DNA of 64,000 nucleotides from an uncultured Methylomirabilota bacterium. GTDB lineage: Bacteria; Methylomirabilota; Methylomirabilia; Methylomirabilales; 2-02-FULL-66-22. Every line of letters begins with the position of its first letter. Position 1 is the stretch's first letter. Location of the stretch: positions 43,386-107,385 of the forward strand of contig CAWJSJ010000006.1 of NCBI GenBank assembly GCA_963845565.1. Reading direction: 5' to 3'. Shown here piece after piece: positions 29,769 through 41,129 of the stretch. Both the position numbers and the translations under genes were made by a program. The notes beneath the pieces were generated by a model. The model was not told the DNA's origin, made no database searches, and was given only the letters and a program-made list of their open reading frames with translations.

Positions 29769-30930
29769 ATGCGGGTGGCGCTCGTCCATGATTGGCTCAC
29801 GGGGATGCGAGGCGGGGAGCGGTGTCTGGAGGTGTTCTGCGAGCTCTTTCCGGACGCAACGCTCTTCACGCTGATCCACGTGCCCGGGTCGGTGTCGGAA
29901 CGGATCGAACGCATGCGGATTCGGGCCTCCGCCTTCAGCCGGTTGCCGGGGATCTCGCGCCGGTATCGCATGTTGTTGCCCCTCTTTCCGCGGGCCATAG
30001 AACGCTTCGACCTCACCGGGTACGACCTGATCCTGTCCAGCAGCCACTGCGTCGCCAAGGGGGTGCGGGTTCCGCGGGGCGCGTTGCACATTTCGTACAT
30101 CTTCACGCCGATGCGGTACGTCTGGGATCTCTACGACGACTATTTCGGGCCCGGACAGGGTAGCCCGCTTCGGCGGGCCGTGATGGCGATGCTTCGTCCG
30201 AGGCTGCAGCGCTGGGACGTGGCGGGCGCAGCGCGGGTCCACCACTTCGTGGCTATCTCGCGGTACATCGCGGATCGGGTCAAGCGTCACTATGGGCGCG
30301 AGGCCTCGGTCGTCTATCCACCGGTGGACACGGCGCGATTCCGTCTCGGGCGAGGGGAAAGGAGAGTTCTACCTGATCGTCTCGGCGTTCGCACCGTACA
30401 AGCGCCTCGATCTGGCCGTCCAGGCCTGTAACGCACTCCGGCGGCCGTTGAAGATCGTCGGGACCGGGCAGGACGAACGAAAACTCCGGGTGCTGGCGGG
30501 TCCCACGGTGGAGTTCCTCGGGCCCCGGTCCGACGCGGAAATCGCCGACCTCTACCCTCGATGCCGGGCGCTGTTGTTCCCTGGGGTGGAGGACTTCGGG
30601 ATCACCCCGCTCGAAGCGATGGCCTCGGGGCGTCCGGTTATCGCCTACGGCCAAGGCGGGGCGCTGGAGACCATCGTCCCGCTGGATCCCGCGGCGCCAC
30701 GGACGCCCGGCCCGACCGGAGTGTTCTTCGGGGCGCAGACCGTCGACGCGCTGGTGGCGGCCATCGAGCGATTCGAGGCCAACGCCGATCGCTTCGTTCC
30801 GGAGGCATTGCGGGAGCACGCTCTGGGTTTCGACCGCCAGGTATTCAAGGACAGGATCGAAGCGGTCGTCGCGGCGCGGTGGGCGACGCATGTCAATGAG
30901 CAGGGGCTGTCCGATGCTGCGAAAACATAG
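29769..30930 (+). pseudogene. Glycosyltransferase family 4 (WbaZ-like), +1 frameshift at about 30349
   Basis: MRVALVHDWLTGMRGGE...VYPPVD, then YLIVSAFAPYKRLD and EDFGITPLEAMASG in the next frame; extra G in a GGG run. Confidence 0.85.
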
Positions 30931-32314
30931 CAAGTTCTTCGAGAACCTCTTACTCTTGGCGGACCTCGCCACGGTGGCAGCGTGTTGGCTGGCGGCCTAT
31001 GCCTTTCGCTTTTTTCTGGATCCCATCCCGGCACCCCGTGGCATCCCGGCCCTGAAGCCTTACCTGCTGCTCCTCCTGCCGATGCTCGTGATCTGGCCGA
31101 TGGTCTTTCGCAACTTCGGCCTGTACCGGCCGCGCCGCATCGGCACCCGCCTGGGAGAGATCGCGGACATTGCCAAGGCGTGCAGCGTCTCGGTGCTCTT
31201 GTTGACCGCCTTGACGTTCTTCGTCCGGGATTTCGAGTTCTCGCGTCTGGTGCTGCTCTATTTCTGGGTGCTCTCGACCGCCGGCCTTAGCCTGGCGCGC
31301 GGGGCGTTCCGAGAGAGCCTTCGGTTCGTCCGACGGCAGGGACATAATCTCCGTTTCGGCGTACTGGTCGGGTGGGGCGAGATTGCAGACGAGGTGGTCC
31401 GGCGGCTCGGCGCGCACCCCGAGTTGGGCATCCGCCTGCGCGGCTGCTTTCTGGATCCCGCCGCCGCCGTGGCCGCTCCTGGGGGACTTCCCGTGCTGGG
31501 CCCACCGGGCGCAGTGTCCCGTTTTCTTCGCGAGGAGGCGGTCGACCACGTCTTCGTGGCGCTGCCCCTGGAAGCGTCTCCGCGCCTTCCCGAAGTGCTG
31601 GAAGGCCTCGATGACGCCATCGTGGACATCCGGGTCGTCCCGGATTTCTCCCGGTATATGAATCTTCGTGGCGGGATCGAGGAGTTCGAGGGGCTCCCCT
31701 TCATCTGCCTGCAAGGAAGCCCCGTCTACGGCTGGGACCGCGTGGCGAAGCGAAGTCTCGACGTGATGGTGGCGGCGTGCCTCCTCATGCTCTTAAGCCC
31801 CCTGCTGATCCTGATCGCCGTCCTCGTGAAATTGACGTCGCCTGGGCCGGTGCTTTACCGGCAAGAACGTATGGGCCTGGACGGTCGGACCTTCTCGATG
31901 TTGAAATTCCGAAGCATGCGGGTAGGAGCCGAAGACGAGAGCGGGCCGGTCTGGGCGCAGGCGGGCGACGCCCGGCGGACCCCTATCGGCGCATTCCTGC
32001 GTTCCGCCAGCCTCGATGAGCTGCCGCAGCTCTGGAACGTCTTCAAGGGAGAGATGAGCCTGGTCGGACCTCGGCCGGAACGGCCGGTCTTCATTCAAGA
32101 TTTCCGGCAGCGGGTCCCGAAATATATGCTGCGGCACACGGTAAAGGCGGGCATCACGGGATGGGCTCAGGTAAACGGCTGGCGCGGCGACACGTCCATC
32201 GAGAAGCGGATCGAGTGCGACCTGTACTACATCGAGCACTGGTCGTTCTGGTTCGATCTCAAGATCCTCTGTCTCACCCTCTGGAAGGGGCTCGTGAGCC
32301 GGAATGCCTACTGA
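30914..32314 (+). CDS. wcaJ: Undecaprenyl-phosphate glucose phosphotransferase (initiating GT)
   Basis: [51 protein letters not shown]. Confidence 0.9.
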   Translation: MLRKHSKFFENLLLLADLATVAACWLAAYAFRFFLDPIPAPRGIPALKPYLLLLLPMLVIWPMVFRNFGLYRPRRIGTRLGEIADIAKACSVSVLLLTALTFFVRDFEFSRLVLLYFWVLSTAGLSLARGAFRESLRFVRRQGHNLRFGVLVGWGEIADEVVRRLGAHPELGIRLRGCFLDPAAAVAAPGGLPVLGPPGAVSRFLREEAVDHVFVALPLEASPRLPEVLEGLDDAIVDIRVVPDFSRYMNLRGGIEEFEGLPFICLQGSPVYGWDRVAKRSLDVMVAACLLMLLSPLLILIAVLVKLTSPGPVLYRQERMGLDGRTFSMLKFRSMRVGAEDESGPVWAQAGDARRTPIGAFLRSASLDELPQLWNVFKGEMSLVGPRPERPVFIQDFRQRVPKYMLRHTVKAGITGWAQVNGWRGDTSIEKRIECDLYYIEHWSFWFDLKILCLTLWKGLVSRNAY

Positions 32315-32453
32315 AGATCACGATGAACGCTCGAAATCGTAAGTCGGGGATGGGAAACCGCGCACCGCAGGGTTCGGCTGGCCGGTTGACACAGGGCGGT
32401 CGCCGGCGTGGCGAGTCCGAATATGCCGGCCGTCTGCCGAGGGCGTACCGAAC

Positions 32454-34229
32454 GTGAGCGCGAAGCGGTCGCAGCGTCCGCCGGTGGAGGTTCCGGGGTT
32501 CCGGCAACCGACCGACGGAGCGACCGGCGGTTTCGGGTGGCGCCTCCCGTTCGCGTGGATCGCCGTGTCGGCCGTGGTGTTGCGCGGCCTTGCCTGGTTC
32601 TCGTATGACCCGGTGACATTCGACAGTGCGGTCTATTTCGAGATGGCCGCGCTGTTCCGGGACGGGCGCTGGGCAGAGGCGCTCGCCTACGACTATCCGC
32701 CCCTGTACCCGCTTCTCATCGCCGGCCTGCAAGGGATGGTGGGGCGTGCGGACGCGGCAGGGGTGCTCGTTGCCGCGGTCGCCGATTTGGCGATCCTGGT
32801 TCCGATCTTTGCGATCGCCCGTCTGGCGGTGGACGAGGCTGCCGCCTGGGGTGCGGCGTTCCTGTGGGTGGCACACCTTTCCGCAATTCGCCTTGGCGTC
32901 CAGGCTCTCTCGGATGCCCCGACGGCCCTGTTCGTCGTTATCGCGATCTACGCAGGACTCCGGGCGCTCCGCGCGCGTCGGTTCGTGTGGGCGTGGGGGG
33001 CCGGGATGGCCGGCGGGCTGGCGTTTCTTTGCCGACCCGAGGGGCTCGAGCCCGTCGTCGGCCTGGCCCTGTTCTATGCCCTGTACGCGGATCCGTCGGC
33101 CCAGAGCCCGGCCCATACCGGCCGAGCCCCGCTCGGCGCTCGGCGCTCGACTCTCGAGACGCCGTATCCCGCTCACGCCCCCGCGGCCTCATCTCGCGCC
33201 CATCAGGTCATCCATCGAATGGGCTGGGTCCTGGCCCCGTTGATGGGGTGGGCACTCGTCGCCGGACCCTACGTCGCGTACATCAGTGTTGAGGCGGGTT
33301 CATTTACACTGTCCAAGAAGAAGAGCGCTGCGAGCATTGTTCGGTCATCGGTTCGGCTGCCCCTTGCCGAGAGTCACGCGCCGAGCGCCCGGAGCCCAGA
33401 GCCGAGCGGTGAGAGCCGAGAGTCGGGAGCGGGGGGTCGAGACCTGCGAGCCGCGAACGGTGACGCGCGGGCGGAGCGGACAGTGGCGCCGTCGCCGGGA
33501 CAGGGTGCGGCGCGTCGGTTGTGGGCACGCGTGGACGCCTTTCAGAAGCCGCTCGTCAACGGGTTAACCCCGCTGCTCCTGGTCACAGGGGCTGTGGGGA
33601 CGGCCGGCATCCTGCGCCGGCGCGGGGAGCGCTGGAACCGGACCCTCGCACTCCTCTCCGGCTTGTTTATCGTGCACTTCAGTATTCTGGTCGGGCTGGC
33701 GGCACAGGCGGGGCCGGCCTATCTCGGCCGCCACCATTTTCTCCTCATGGCGGTCTATGCGTTGCCGACAGCCGGTGCCGGATTGGCGTGGAGTTGGGTC
33801 TGGATGACGGGCAAGTTCCAGGGGCAGCGGTGGGTCCCCTCGGTCGCGCTCGGCCTGGTCGTCGTCGCGACCGCATTTGCCGTGGTGATCCGCGGCCCGG
33901 AACAAGGCCGAAGCCTTCGGGAGGCCGCCGTCTGGATTCGGTCCCAGGTGGCCGGCACGCCGGTCATCGTGACGAGACTTGCAAAGCTGACGTACCATGC
34001 CGGCGCGGAACGCGTGGATTTGGCGGGGACGTACGACGAGATCCTCCGTCGCGCGCGGGGCCGGTCCGCTCATTTCGTGGCGTTGTACCCGGACCTGGTC
34101 CGACTGACCTCGCCGGACTTCCTGGAGCATCTCCCATCCCCCGACCTGGAGCTGGCGCAGGTGTTTCCAGAGCCATCGCGAAACGCGCCGGACCAACGGC
34201 TCGAGATCTACCGAATCCGTCCGCGATGA
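32454..34229 (+). CDS. GT39/ArnT-like membrane glycosyltransferase with low-complexity insertions
   Basis: DSAVY, YPPLYPLLIA, LSD, LCRPEG; multiple TM segments. Confidence 0.7.
   Translation: MSAKRSQRPPVEVPGFRQPTDGATGGFGWRLPFAWIAVSAVVLRGLAWFSYDPVTFDSAVYFEMAALFRDGRWAEALAYDYPPLYPLLIAGLQGMVGRADAAGVLVAAVADLAILVPIFAIARLAVDEAAAWGAAFLWVAHLSAIRLGVQALSDAPTALFVVIAIYAGLRALRARRFVWAWGAGMAGGLAFLCRPEGLEPVVGLALFYALYADPSAQSPAHTGRAPLGARRSTLETPYPAHAPAASSRAHQVIHRMGWVLAPLMGWALVAGPYVAYISVEAGSFTLSKKKSAASIVRSSVRLPLAESHAPSARSPEPSGESRESGAGGRDLRAANGDARAERTVAPSPGQGAARRLWARVDAFQKPLVNGLTPLLLVTGAVGTAGILRRRGERWNRTLALLSGLFIVHFSILVGLAAQAGPAYLGRHHFLLMAVYALPTAGAGLAWSWVWMTGKFQGQRWVPSVALGLVVVATAFAVVIRGPEQGRSLREAAVWIRSQVAGTPVIVTRLAKLTYHAGAERVDLAGTYDEILRRARGRSAHFVALYPDLVRLTSPDFLEHLPSPDLELAQVFPEPSRNAPDQRLEIYRIRPR
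33380..33463 (+). repeat. Intragenic in-frame heptamer array (12 units, 84 nt)
   Basis: gccgagc gcccgga gcccaga gccgagc ggtgaga gccgaga gtcggga gcggggg gtcgaga cctgcga gccgcga acggtga; an opposite-orientation array lies at 33131-33158. Confidence 0.65.
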
Positions 34230-34308
34230 AGGACGGGCGCCCGCGGTCCGTTCTTGGGGCCCCCAACGGTTGTTCGCGGGGCATCGGCCGGGGTAAACGG
34301 CGCGTGTT

Positions 34309-36264
34309 GTGTCGCGGGGCTTGCGTGGTCGCATGGCAACGGAATCGGAGGTATGCAACGTGCCGGGATTACCCCCAGAGCAGTTAGGTATCCCCCCACG
34401 ACAGGTCGACCGCAGATGGTTGCGGCTGGTGTCTGACTGGCTGCCTATCCTGTTGGTTGTCGTCATCGTCTGCATCATGGCCGCGTATACCTACCAGCAA
34501 TACCTCACCACGTCACGCGCACGATGGGACGGCAGCGTCCACGACCGGCATGGCCATTACGCGTACGGTCTGAAGATGGCACTCGCCCTCCGCCAGGGCG
34601 ATGTCGGTGGTTTCCTCGCTGAGCTGGAAAAAGGGAAAGTCTGGCCGCCTTTCCACGGGGTATTGGTGGCGGTCGTCCTATCGCTTGGACGCCTCCACCA
34701 CGACTGGGCAGTGCTTCCCAGCCTTCTGGGTTGGATCATGACAGTCCTGTTCGGCTTTCTGCTCGCGCGCAGCGTGCAGCCCAGTCGGCGCGCGGGCCTT
34801 GCGGCCGGCGCGGTAGCCTGCGTGTTCATCGCCGCAAGCCCCGCGTACCGGGCCTTCGCGACGGACGTCATGCTGGAAAGCCTCGGTGCCGGGCTGACGC
34901 TCCTGGCGCTTTATTGCCATAGTCTGGCCGTGCAAAACAAGAACTTGCCGTGGCCGTGGAGGTGGCTCGGTCTCGCCCTGACCGTCCTTTTCCTCGAAAA
35001 ATACAACTACTGGCTGCTGGTGGTCCTCGCGTTATGCGTCGCCCATTTCAGCGTCCACCCGCGTCAATACCTTCGCACGGTCGTCAGTGCGGCACGCGGC
35101 TTCGACTGGCGTCGGTGGGGCAGGGAGCAAGCTCGCCACCCCCTCACCTACCTCTTTCTGGGTATCGTGGTCCTCGTGGCGTTCCTCTTTGCGAAAGGCC
35201 CGACGAGCGTGCAGGTGGCCGGGAATCGCGTTTCGCTCTACCCGCCGAACAATCTGGTCACCGTCGGATACGCCATCGCGCTCCTGCGCCTGATTCTCGC
35301 CGCGAGACGGCCGCACTCCGCGTGGATTGCCCGCCTCACCGCGCCGGCCAGGCAGTTGTTGTGGTGGCACGTGTTGCCCGTTGGGCTCTCGTTCCTCCTC
35401 CCGCAACGCCTGAGCGCGTTCCTCTGGTACCTTGGACCGACGAATTACGGCGACGCGCCGGTGCGCGACCCCATACACGCCGGGGCGTTTTATCTCGCGA
35501 CGCTCTCCGAGGACTACCATGCCGGCGTGTGGAGTGTTGTGTTGGTGATCGGGTTGTTGTCCGCGGCGGCCTTCTTCAGTCGAAATATGGGCCCAGACGG
35601 GCGGGCGGTTCTTTTTGTCGTGTTGATCGGTGCGGTGCTCGTGATTCTTCACCCGAATCAGAAGAGCCGCTTCTTGCATTCGTGGGTCGCGGTGGCGTGG
35701 GTTGCGGCCGGGATAGGGTTCGCGTGTTCCTTGCGCAGCCGTATCCTCAATGGCTTGCCCGGACTCCGCGTGGTGTTCGCGCTCGGTTTCGTCGCAATCC
35801 TCTCCTGGGGACATTATGCGGACTGGTTCGCCCCGGGACATTCGCCAGAGGTCGGGCACCGCAACAGCACCGCAAGCCTATTGGATTTGACCGACACCTA
35901 CTTACCCTACGTGGCGGATTCGCAACGCCTGACATTCTTCACCACGGTACCGGCCGGATCCGTGCTTCAATGGACGTATCTCGAGCGCTATCACCGTCGC
36001 AACGCGGTCGAAGTGGTTCAGTGGGGCGCGGGCGCAACAGCGGTGCAGCTCCGCGACCGATTCCGCGCGTGGCTTGCGTCGACCCAATCCGACACCATTA
36101 TCTTTGTTGACATTCCTCCAGGTTCCTATTTTTTTGCAGACGTGGGGCAAGAAACCTACGGCGGGCTCGAGGAACTCTTGGCGGAACAGACGGTTTTCCG
36201 GCAGTCGCATCGGTGGGATCTGGCCCGTTATGGGTGCAGGATCACGCTCTGGCGGCGAGGGTGA
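34309..36264 (+). CDS. Multi-TM membrane protein, GT-C/GT39-like (start uncertain)
   Basis: HDRHGHY, WPPFHG, DVMLESLG, EKYNY; many TM helices plus soluble C-terminus; cluster context. Confidence 0.62.
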   Translation: MSRGLRGRMATESEVCNVPGLPPEQLGIPPRQVDRRWLRLVSDWLPILLVVVIVCIMAAYTYQQYLTTSRARWDGSVHDRHGHYAYGLKMALALRQGDVGGFLAELEKGKVWPPFHGVLVAVVLSLGRLHHDWAVLPSLLGWIMTVLFGFLLARSVQPSRRAGLAAGAVACVFIAASPAYRAFATDVMLESLGAGLTLLALYCHSLAVQNKNLPWPWRWLGLALTVLFLEKYNYWLLVVLALCVAHFSVHPRQYLRTVVSAARGFDWRRWGREQARHPLTYLFLGIVVLVAFLFAKGPTSVQVAGNRVSLYPPNNLVTVGYAIALLRLILAARRPHSAWIARLTAPARQLLWWHVLPVGLSFLLPQRLSAFLWYLGPTNYGDAPVRDPIHAGAFYLATLSEDYHAGVWSVVLVIGLLSAAAFFSRNMGPDGRAVLFVVLIGAVLVILHPNQKSRFLHSWVAVAWVAAGIGFACSLRSRILNGLPGLRVVFALGFVAILSWGHYADWFAPGHSPEVGHRNSTASLLDLTDTYLPYVADSQRLTFFTTVPAGSVLQWTYLERYHRRNAVEVVQWGAGATAVQLRDRFRAWLASTQSDTIIFVDIPPGSYFFADVGQETYGGLEELLAEQTVFRQSHRWDLARYGCRITLWRRG

Positions 36265-36559
36265 GGTGACCGGCGCCTTCGTCGCGGACAGCGTCACGGG
36301 GACCCGAGGGTCGTCTTGCAGGCCTGCCATCTCCATCGGGACGCGTGCGATGAGGAGCCGTGTTTGGATTCGGGGCGCACCTGGAGTGGCTCGTGTGGAT
36401 CTCGGGTGGTTCGTCTCCATGACAAACCATCACCGCGGGCCGTGGAATGCCGGAAATCCGTTGTCTTTCCGAGCACGCTGGGGTACCCTCCCATCCCGCT
36501 GTTCGCTGATTCCCCGCGATGGTTCCGGCATTACCCGCGGTAAGGAAACCTGAACTGAT

Positions 36560-38383
36560 ATGCAGACACCCTGGCAGCAATTCCGCCGTTTTCTCCGATC
36601 TGCCGTCCCCTACCGGGCGCGGATCGCATTCTCCATCGGCTGTCTCCTGTTCATCGCGCTCCTGAACGCTGTGTCCGTCGGGGCGCTCCAGCCCGTTTTT
36701 GATGCGCTGTTCGCCTCCGAGGGCACGGGAACCGGAATCAGTCTGCCGACGCCCATCAGGCACATGTTGGGGAGTCGATTGGCTCTCCTGCAAAAATTCC
36801 TGGACGCCCACGGTGTGAGCGTGTTCCACTTCTTGGGCGTGATCCTCTTCCTGGTCTTTCTCGCCAAATCGGCGTTGACATACGTCCAGCAGGTTCAGAT
36901 GCGCCACGTGTCCGAGGGGATCCAGCGGGATATTCGAAACGAGCTCTATGCCCACGTCCAAACCCTTCCCCTCAACGTCTTCACGCGGCGCGCCACCGGC
37001 GATATCATGTCCCGGTTCAGCGCCGACATCCAAACGCTGGGCGACGCCTCCAACGAGTTATTCCGCGATGCCCTGAAAGAGCCCCTGAACATCCTCGGCT
37101 TCATCGTGGTCCTGTTCATGATCAAGTGGGAACTCGCGCTGCTGTCCTTGGTCGTCCTCCCCGTGGCGGTCTTGCCGATCGCGAAGTTCGGTTCCAAGAT
37201 CCGTCGACGAGGCACACGGGCCCAGGAGTGGCGCGCCGAGGTGAATACCATCCTGCAGGAGACCATCTCCGGCATCCGGGTGGTCAAGGCCTTCGGGATG
37301 GAGGAGTACGAGAAGCGACGCTTCCGCGAGGCGAGCCAGCAGGTCTTCCGGGCCCTCATGCGGATCTGGCGCGTGGAAACGCTGACGTCTCCCGTCCTAG
37401 AGGTCTTGGGTGGGATCGGGATCATCATCGCCTTCGGGGTCGGGGGGCACCTCGTCAGCATCAAGAGCCTCACCCCCGGGGCGTTCATGGCGTTCCTCGG
37501 CGCGCTGGCTTCGCTGTACCAGCCCGTGAAGCGGATCGGCCAGATCAACAACGTGGTCCAGCGGGGTCTGGCAGGCATGGGGCGGGTCTTCGAGCTCTTG
37601 GACACCCGTTCCGAGGTGCCGGCCCACGCGGATGCCGTTACGCTGGGGCGGATGCAGGAGGGCGTGGCGTTCCACCGGGTGTCGTTCGGGTATGAGCCCG
37701 AGCGGCTGGTGCTGCGCGAGGTGACCTTCACCGCGAAAATGGGCGAGATCGTCGCCATCGTGGGGACGAGCGGCGCCGGAAAAACGACGTTGGTCAACCT
37801 CATCCCGCGGTTTTACGATCCGATTTCCGGCGCGATCACGATTGACGGCGTGGATGTGGCCCGGGCGACGCTCCCCTCGCTGCGCCAGCAGATGGGGATC
37901 GTCACGCAGGAAACGATTCTCTTCGACGATACGATCTTCAATAATATCGCCTATGGCCAAGGCGACGTGCCGCCCGAACAGGTCATGGCGGCCGCCCGGA
38001 TTGCGAACGCCACCGAGTTTATCGAGGCGCTTCCCGAGGGGTATCAGACCCGCATCGGTGAGCGCGGCGTCCGCCTCTCCGGCGGGCAGCGGCAGCGGAT
38101 CGCCATCGCCCGAGCGATCCAGAAGAACCCGCCAATTCTTATCTTGGACGAGGCAACCTCGGCACTGGACGCCGAGTCGGAGCGACTCGTCCAGGAGGCG
38201 CTCGATCGCCTCATGGTGAATCGCACGACCTTCGTCATTGCCCATCGCCTCTCCACCATCATCCGGGCCGATACGATCCTGGTATTGGACGAGGGGCGAC
38301 TGATTGAGCACGGAACCCACGTCGAGCTCATGGCAACGGGCGGGGCGTACAGCCGACTGTACCAGAGCCAAATGTTGAGTTGA
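36560..38383 (+). CDS. msbA: Lipid A/glycolipid flippase ABC transporter (MsbA-like)
   Basis: TM domain plus GTSGAGKTT, LSGGQRQRIAIAR, LDEATSALD, IAHRLST. Confidence 0.82.
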   Translation: MQTPWQQFRRFLRSAVPYRARIAFSIGCLLFIALLNAVSVGALQPVFDALFASEGTGTGISLPTPIRHMLGSRLALLQKFLDAHGVSVFHFLGVILFLVFLAKSALTYVQQVQMRHVSEGIQRDIRNELYAHVQTLPLNVFTRRATGDIMSRFSADIQTLGDASNELFRDALKEPLNILGFIVVLFMIKWELALLSLVVLPVAVLPIAKFGSKIRRRGTRAQEWRAEVNTILQETISGIRVVKAFGMEEYEKRRFREASQQVFRALMRIWRVETLTSPVLEVLGGIGIIIAFGVGGHLVSIKSLTPGAFMAFLGALASLYQPVKRIGQINNVVQRGLAGMGRVFELLDTRSEVPAHADAVTLGRMQEGVAFHRVSFGYEPERLVLREVTFTAKMGEIVAIVGTSGAGKTTLVNLIPRFYDPISGAITIDGVDVARATLPSLRQQMGIVTQETILFDDTIFNNIAYGQGDVPPEQVMAAARIANATEFIEALPEGYQTRIGERGVRLSGGQRQRIAIARAIQKNPPILILDEATSALDAESERLVQEALDRLMVNRTTFVIAHRLSTIIRADTILVLDEGRLIEHGTHVELMATGGAYSRLYQSQMLS

Positions 38384-38621
38384 GGGGCCGCCGGGAGCGG
38401 CGGACGGCGTGCCGCGGGTTGAGGACCGCCCATTCGATTGGTCTCGCGTGACCGTCGACCTGCACGCACGGGTGGAGTTGCCTGCCGTCAGGAACGGCAC
38501 TCCTTCGGGCCGGGTGACCTCCGCGTCCGACATGACTGCACTCACGGAATCTGATCGACCCAACACGGGACGGGATCACTGAGGGGCGCCTGGACGGCCA
38601 TGTGTGGGGAGGAAACGCCCG

Positions 38622-39803
38622 GTGCGCATCTGTCTGTACACGAGCACGGCCCTTCCGCTTGTCGGCGGCCAGGAAACCGTGGTCGATGCCCTCGCCCGGC
38701 GTTTTGTGCATGCCGGCCACGACGTCGCGGTGCTGGCCCCTCGGCCCAGCCGCGTCCGGGACTTGGGCGATGAGACGTTGCCATACTCGGTGTTCCGTCA
38801 TCCCCGTTTCGTCTCCACGTGGCGGTTTGTCTCTTGGTACCGCTGGTGGCTGCGGCGATTGAATCGGCAATGGGCTTTCGATGTCGTCCACGCCCACGAT
38901 GTCTATCCCACGGGCTACCTCGCGTCTCTGCTGCGGGACCGCCTCCGGTGCCCGCTGGTGATCACGAGTCATGATGGAGACGTGGTGGGGGGAGGGCCGC
39001 GGCTCGGCCGGCCCGGGGTTCGCGCAGCCCACGTCATGGCCCTTGCGAACGCGTCCTGCCTGATTGCCATCAGCCGCGCAATACGCGATGCCTATGTGAA
39101 GCTCTTGCCGGCCGCGGCGGCGAAGATCGTTCTGCTGCCCAACGGGGTGGAGGTTGGCAGCCTTCGGGACCGCGTCGCCCGGCCCGCGGACCTTGATGCC
39201 TCCATCCGAACTGGTCGCTACCTGTTGTTTCTCGGCCGCCTGGCTCATCGAAAGGGGGCCGACCTGATCCTGCATGCGCTTTCCCGGGTGGCGGCCGGCG
39301 AGGGGGTTGAGCTCGTGTTGGCGGGGGATGGGCCGGAGCGAGGCACACTCGAGCAGTTGACTGCCGACCTGAACCTCACGCAGCGCGTGCGGTTCGTGGG
39401 TCTCGTTTCCGGTGAGAGGAAACGCTATCTGCTGCAAAACGCCAGCTGCCTGGTTGTGCCGTCTCGCCTGTGGGAGGGGATGCCCCTGGTGGTGTTGGAG
39501 GGTTTTGCCGCAGGCCGACCCGTGATCGCTAGCCAATTGGTCGGGATGGACGACGTGATTTCGGACGGACAGACCGGATTCCTGGTCCCGCCAGAATCCC
39601 CGGAAGCGCTCGCCGCGCAGTTGGAGGCCGCGTTGCGGAACCCGGCGCAAATGGACGCCTGCGGCGCGCGGGCGCAAGCGGTCGCGGCAGGCTTCGGCTG
39701 GGACGCCATCGCGGCCCGCCATCTTCACCTGTACGCGGAGGTGGGGACAGCCGCGTCGCATGTCCCACAGTCCGAGGTGCCCCTCACCAGCGGGCGGTCT
39801 TGA
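38622..39803 (+). CDS. Glycosyltransferase family 4
   Basis: LPLVGGQE, HAHDVYP, PNGVE, LGRLAHRKG, PSRLWEGMPLVVLEG. Confidence 0.88.
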   Translation: MRICLYTSTALPLVGGQETVVDALARRFVHAGHDVAVLAPRPSRVRDLGDETLPYSVFRHPRFVSTWRFVSWYRWWLRRLNRQWAFDVVHAHDVYPTGYLASLLRDRLRCPLVITSHDGDVVGGGPRLGRPGVRAAHVMALANASCLIAISRAIRDAYVKLLPAAAAKIVLLPNGVEVGSLRDRVARPADLDASIRTGRYLLFLGRLAHRKGADLILHALSRVAAGEGVELVLAGDGPERGTLEQLTADLNLTQRVRFVGLVSGERKRYLLQNASCLVVPSRLWEGMPLVVLEGFAAGRPVIASQLVGMDDVISDGQTGFLVPPESPEALAAQLEAALRNPAQMDACGARAQAVAAGFGWDAIAARHLHLYAEVGTAASHVPQSEVPLTSGRS

Positions 39804-39878
39804 CCGGTACCCAGTTGCGCGCAGAGACCTCCCGTCTGCACGGGAGGAGCCTGTCCCGCTCGACCGTGGGTCGTCGGG

Positions 39879-41129
39879 ATGCTCAGGGCGGTGATCATTG
39901 AGATGGCGAGTCAGGAATTGACCCGGCAGACGCCCGTCACGTTGAATCGTGGGACGATCGGCTCCACCTCACGGCCGATCAGGGTTCTCTACCTCCACGC
40001 GTTCAGTCAGATGGGAGGCGCGGAGTGGGCCCTCCTCCGCCTGGTCGAAGCGATCGGGGCCTTGGGGGTCGCCCCCATCGCGGTCTGGCCGCGGGGCGAC
40101 AAGGGCCGTCAATGGCTTGCCGCTCGCGGGATTCCGGCCGTCACGCTCACGGTGCCCCGATGGCGGCACGGGCTGTCGCTCTGCGTCCTCCCGGTTTTTC
40201 TGGCGCGACTTCGCAGCGCCCTGGCCGGGAAACCCGTGGATCTCGTTCACGTGAACAATTTTCGTTCGGCACCGTTCGGGCACCTCGTCTCGCGGTGGGC
40301 CGGGGTCCCCTGCGTGGCCACGGTCCGAGAACAGGTCTCGCCGGAAAAGATCCGGCAGTATCGGCTGCAGCGGCCGGATGCGCTGATCGCCGTCTCGGAT
40401 GCCGTCGCGCGGAACCTGGCGGACGGCGGCGTTCCGGCAGACCGCGTCACGACGATCCGGTCCGGCGTGGCACACGGCAGGGACCGCGACGACGCCGAGC
40501 GACGCGGCCTGCGAGAACAGTTCGCCATTTCGGCCGGCGACCCGGTGATCGGCATTGTCGCCCACATCCTCCCGCACAAGGGATACGACGACTTGGTAGA
40601 GGCTCTGGCGCTCATTGTCCGCCAGTTTCCGGCCGTGCGGTGCCTGGTGATCGGGGGGGCGCCCCGGCGACGGTATTATCGCCAGTTCCTGGCGCTCGCC
40701 GAGCGTCGAGCGGTGCGGGACCGACTGGTCCTGGCCGGTCCCCAGGAGGATGTCCCGCGATTCCTCGATGCGATGGACGCGTTCGTCCTGCCCTCGCATA
40801 CCGAAGGGCTTCCGCTGACGGTCCTCGAGGCGATGGCGGCGGGGAGGCCGGTGATCGCCACCGCCGTCGGGGGGATTCCCGAGGCCGTCCGCCACGGGGA
40901 AACCGGCCTGGTCGTGCCGCCTCGTGACCCCGGGCGACTCGCCGAGGCCGTGGTCGCCGTGCTCAAGGACCCTGTCTTGGCCAGGGCCATGGGGGCGGCC
41001 GGCCGGACTCGCGCCCGAGAGTTTTTTTCGCTGGACAGCGAAGCCCGACAGACCCGCGCGGTGTACGATGGCGTCGTGGGAGGCCGGCGGTCGTCCGGGT
41101 CCGATCACGGCAGGGAGGCCGGGTCGTGA
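39879..41129 (+). CDS. Glycosyltransferase family 4
   Basis: MGGAE, AVSDAV, PHKG, LPSHTEGLPLTVLEAMAAG, VGGIPE. Confidence 0.88.
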   Translation: MLRAVIIEMASQELTRQTPVTLNRGTIGSTSRPIRVLYLHAFSQMGGAEWALLRLVEAIGALGVAPIAVWPRGDKGRQWLAARGIPAVTLTVPRWRHGLSLCVLPVFLARLRSALAGKPVDLVHVNNFRSAPFGHLVSRWAGVPCVATVREQVSPEKIRQYRLQRPDALIAVSDAVARNLADGGVPADRVTTIRSGVAHGRDRDDAERRGLREQFAISAGDPVIGIVAHILPHKGYDDLVEALALIVRQFPAVRCLVIGGAPRRRYYRQFLALAERRAVRDRLVLAGPQEDVPRFLDAMDAFVLPSHTEGLPLTVLEAMAAGRPVIATAVGGIPEAVRHGETGLVVPPRDPGRLAEAVVAVLKDPVLARAMGAAGRTRAREFFSLDSEARQTRAVYDGVVGGRRSSGSDHGREAGS

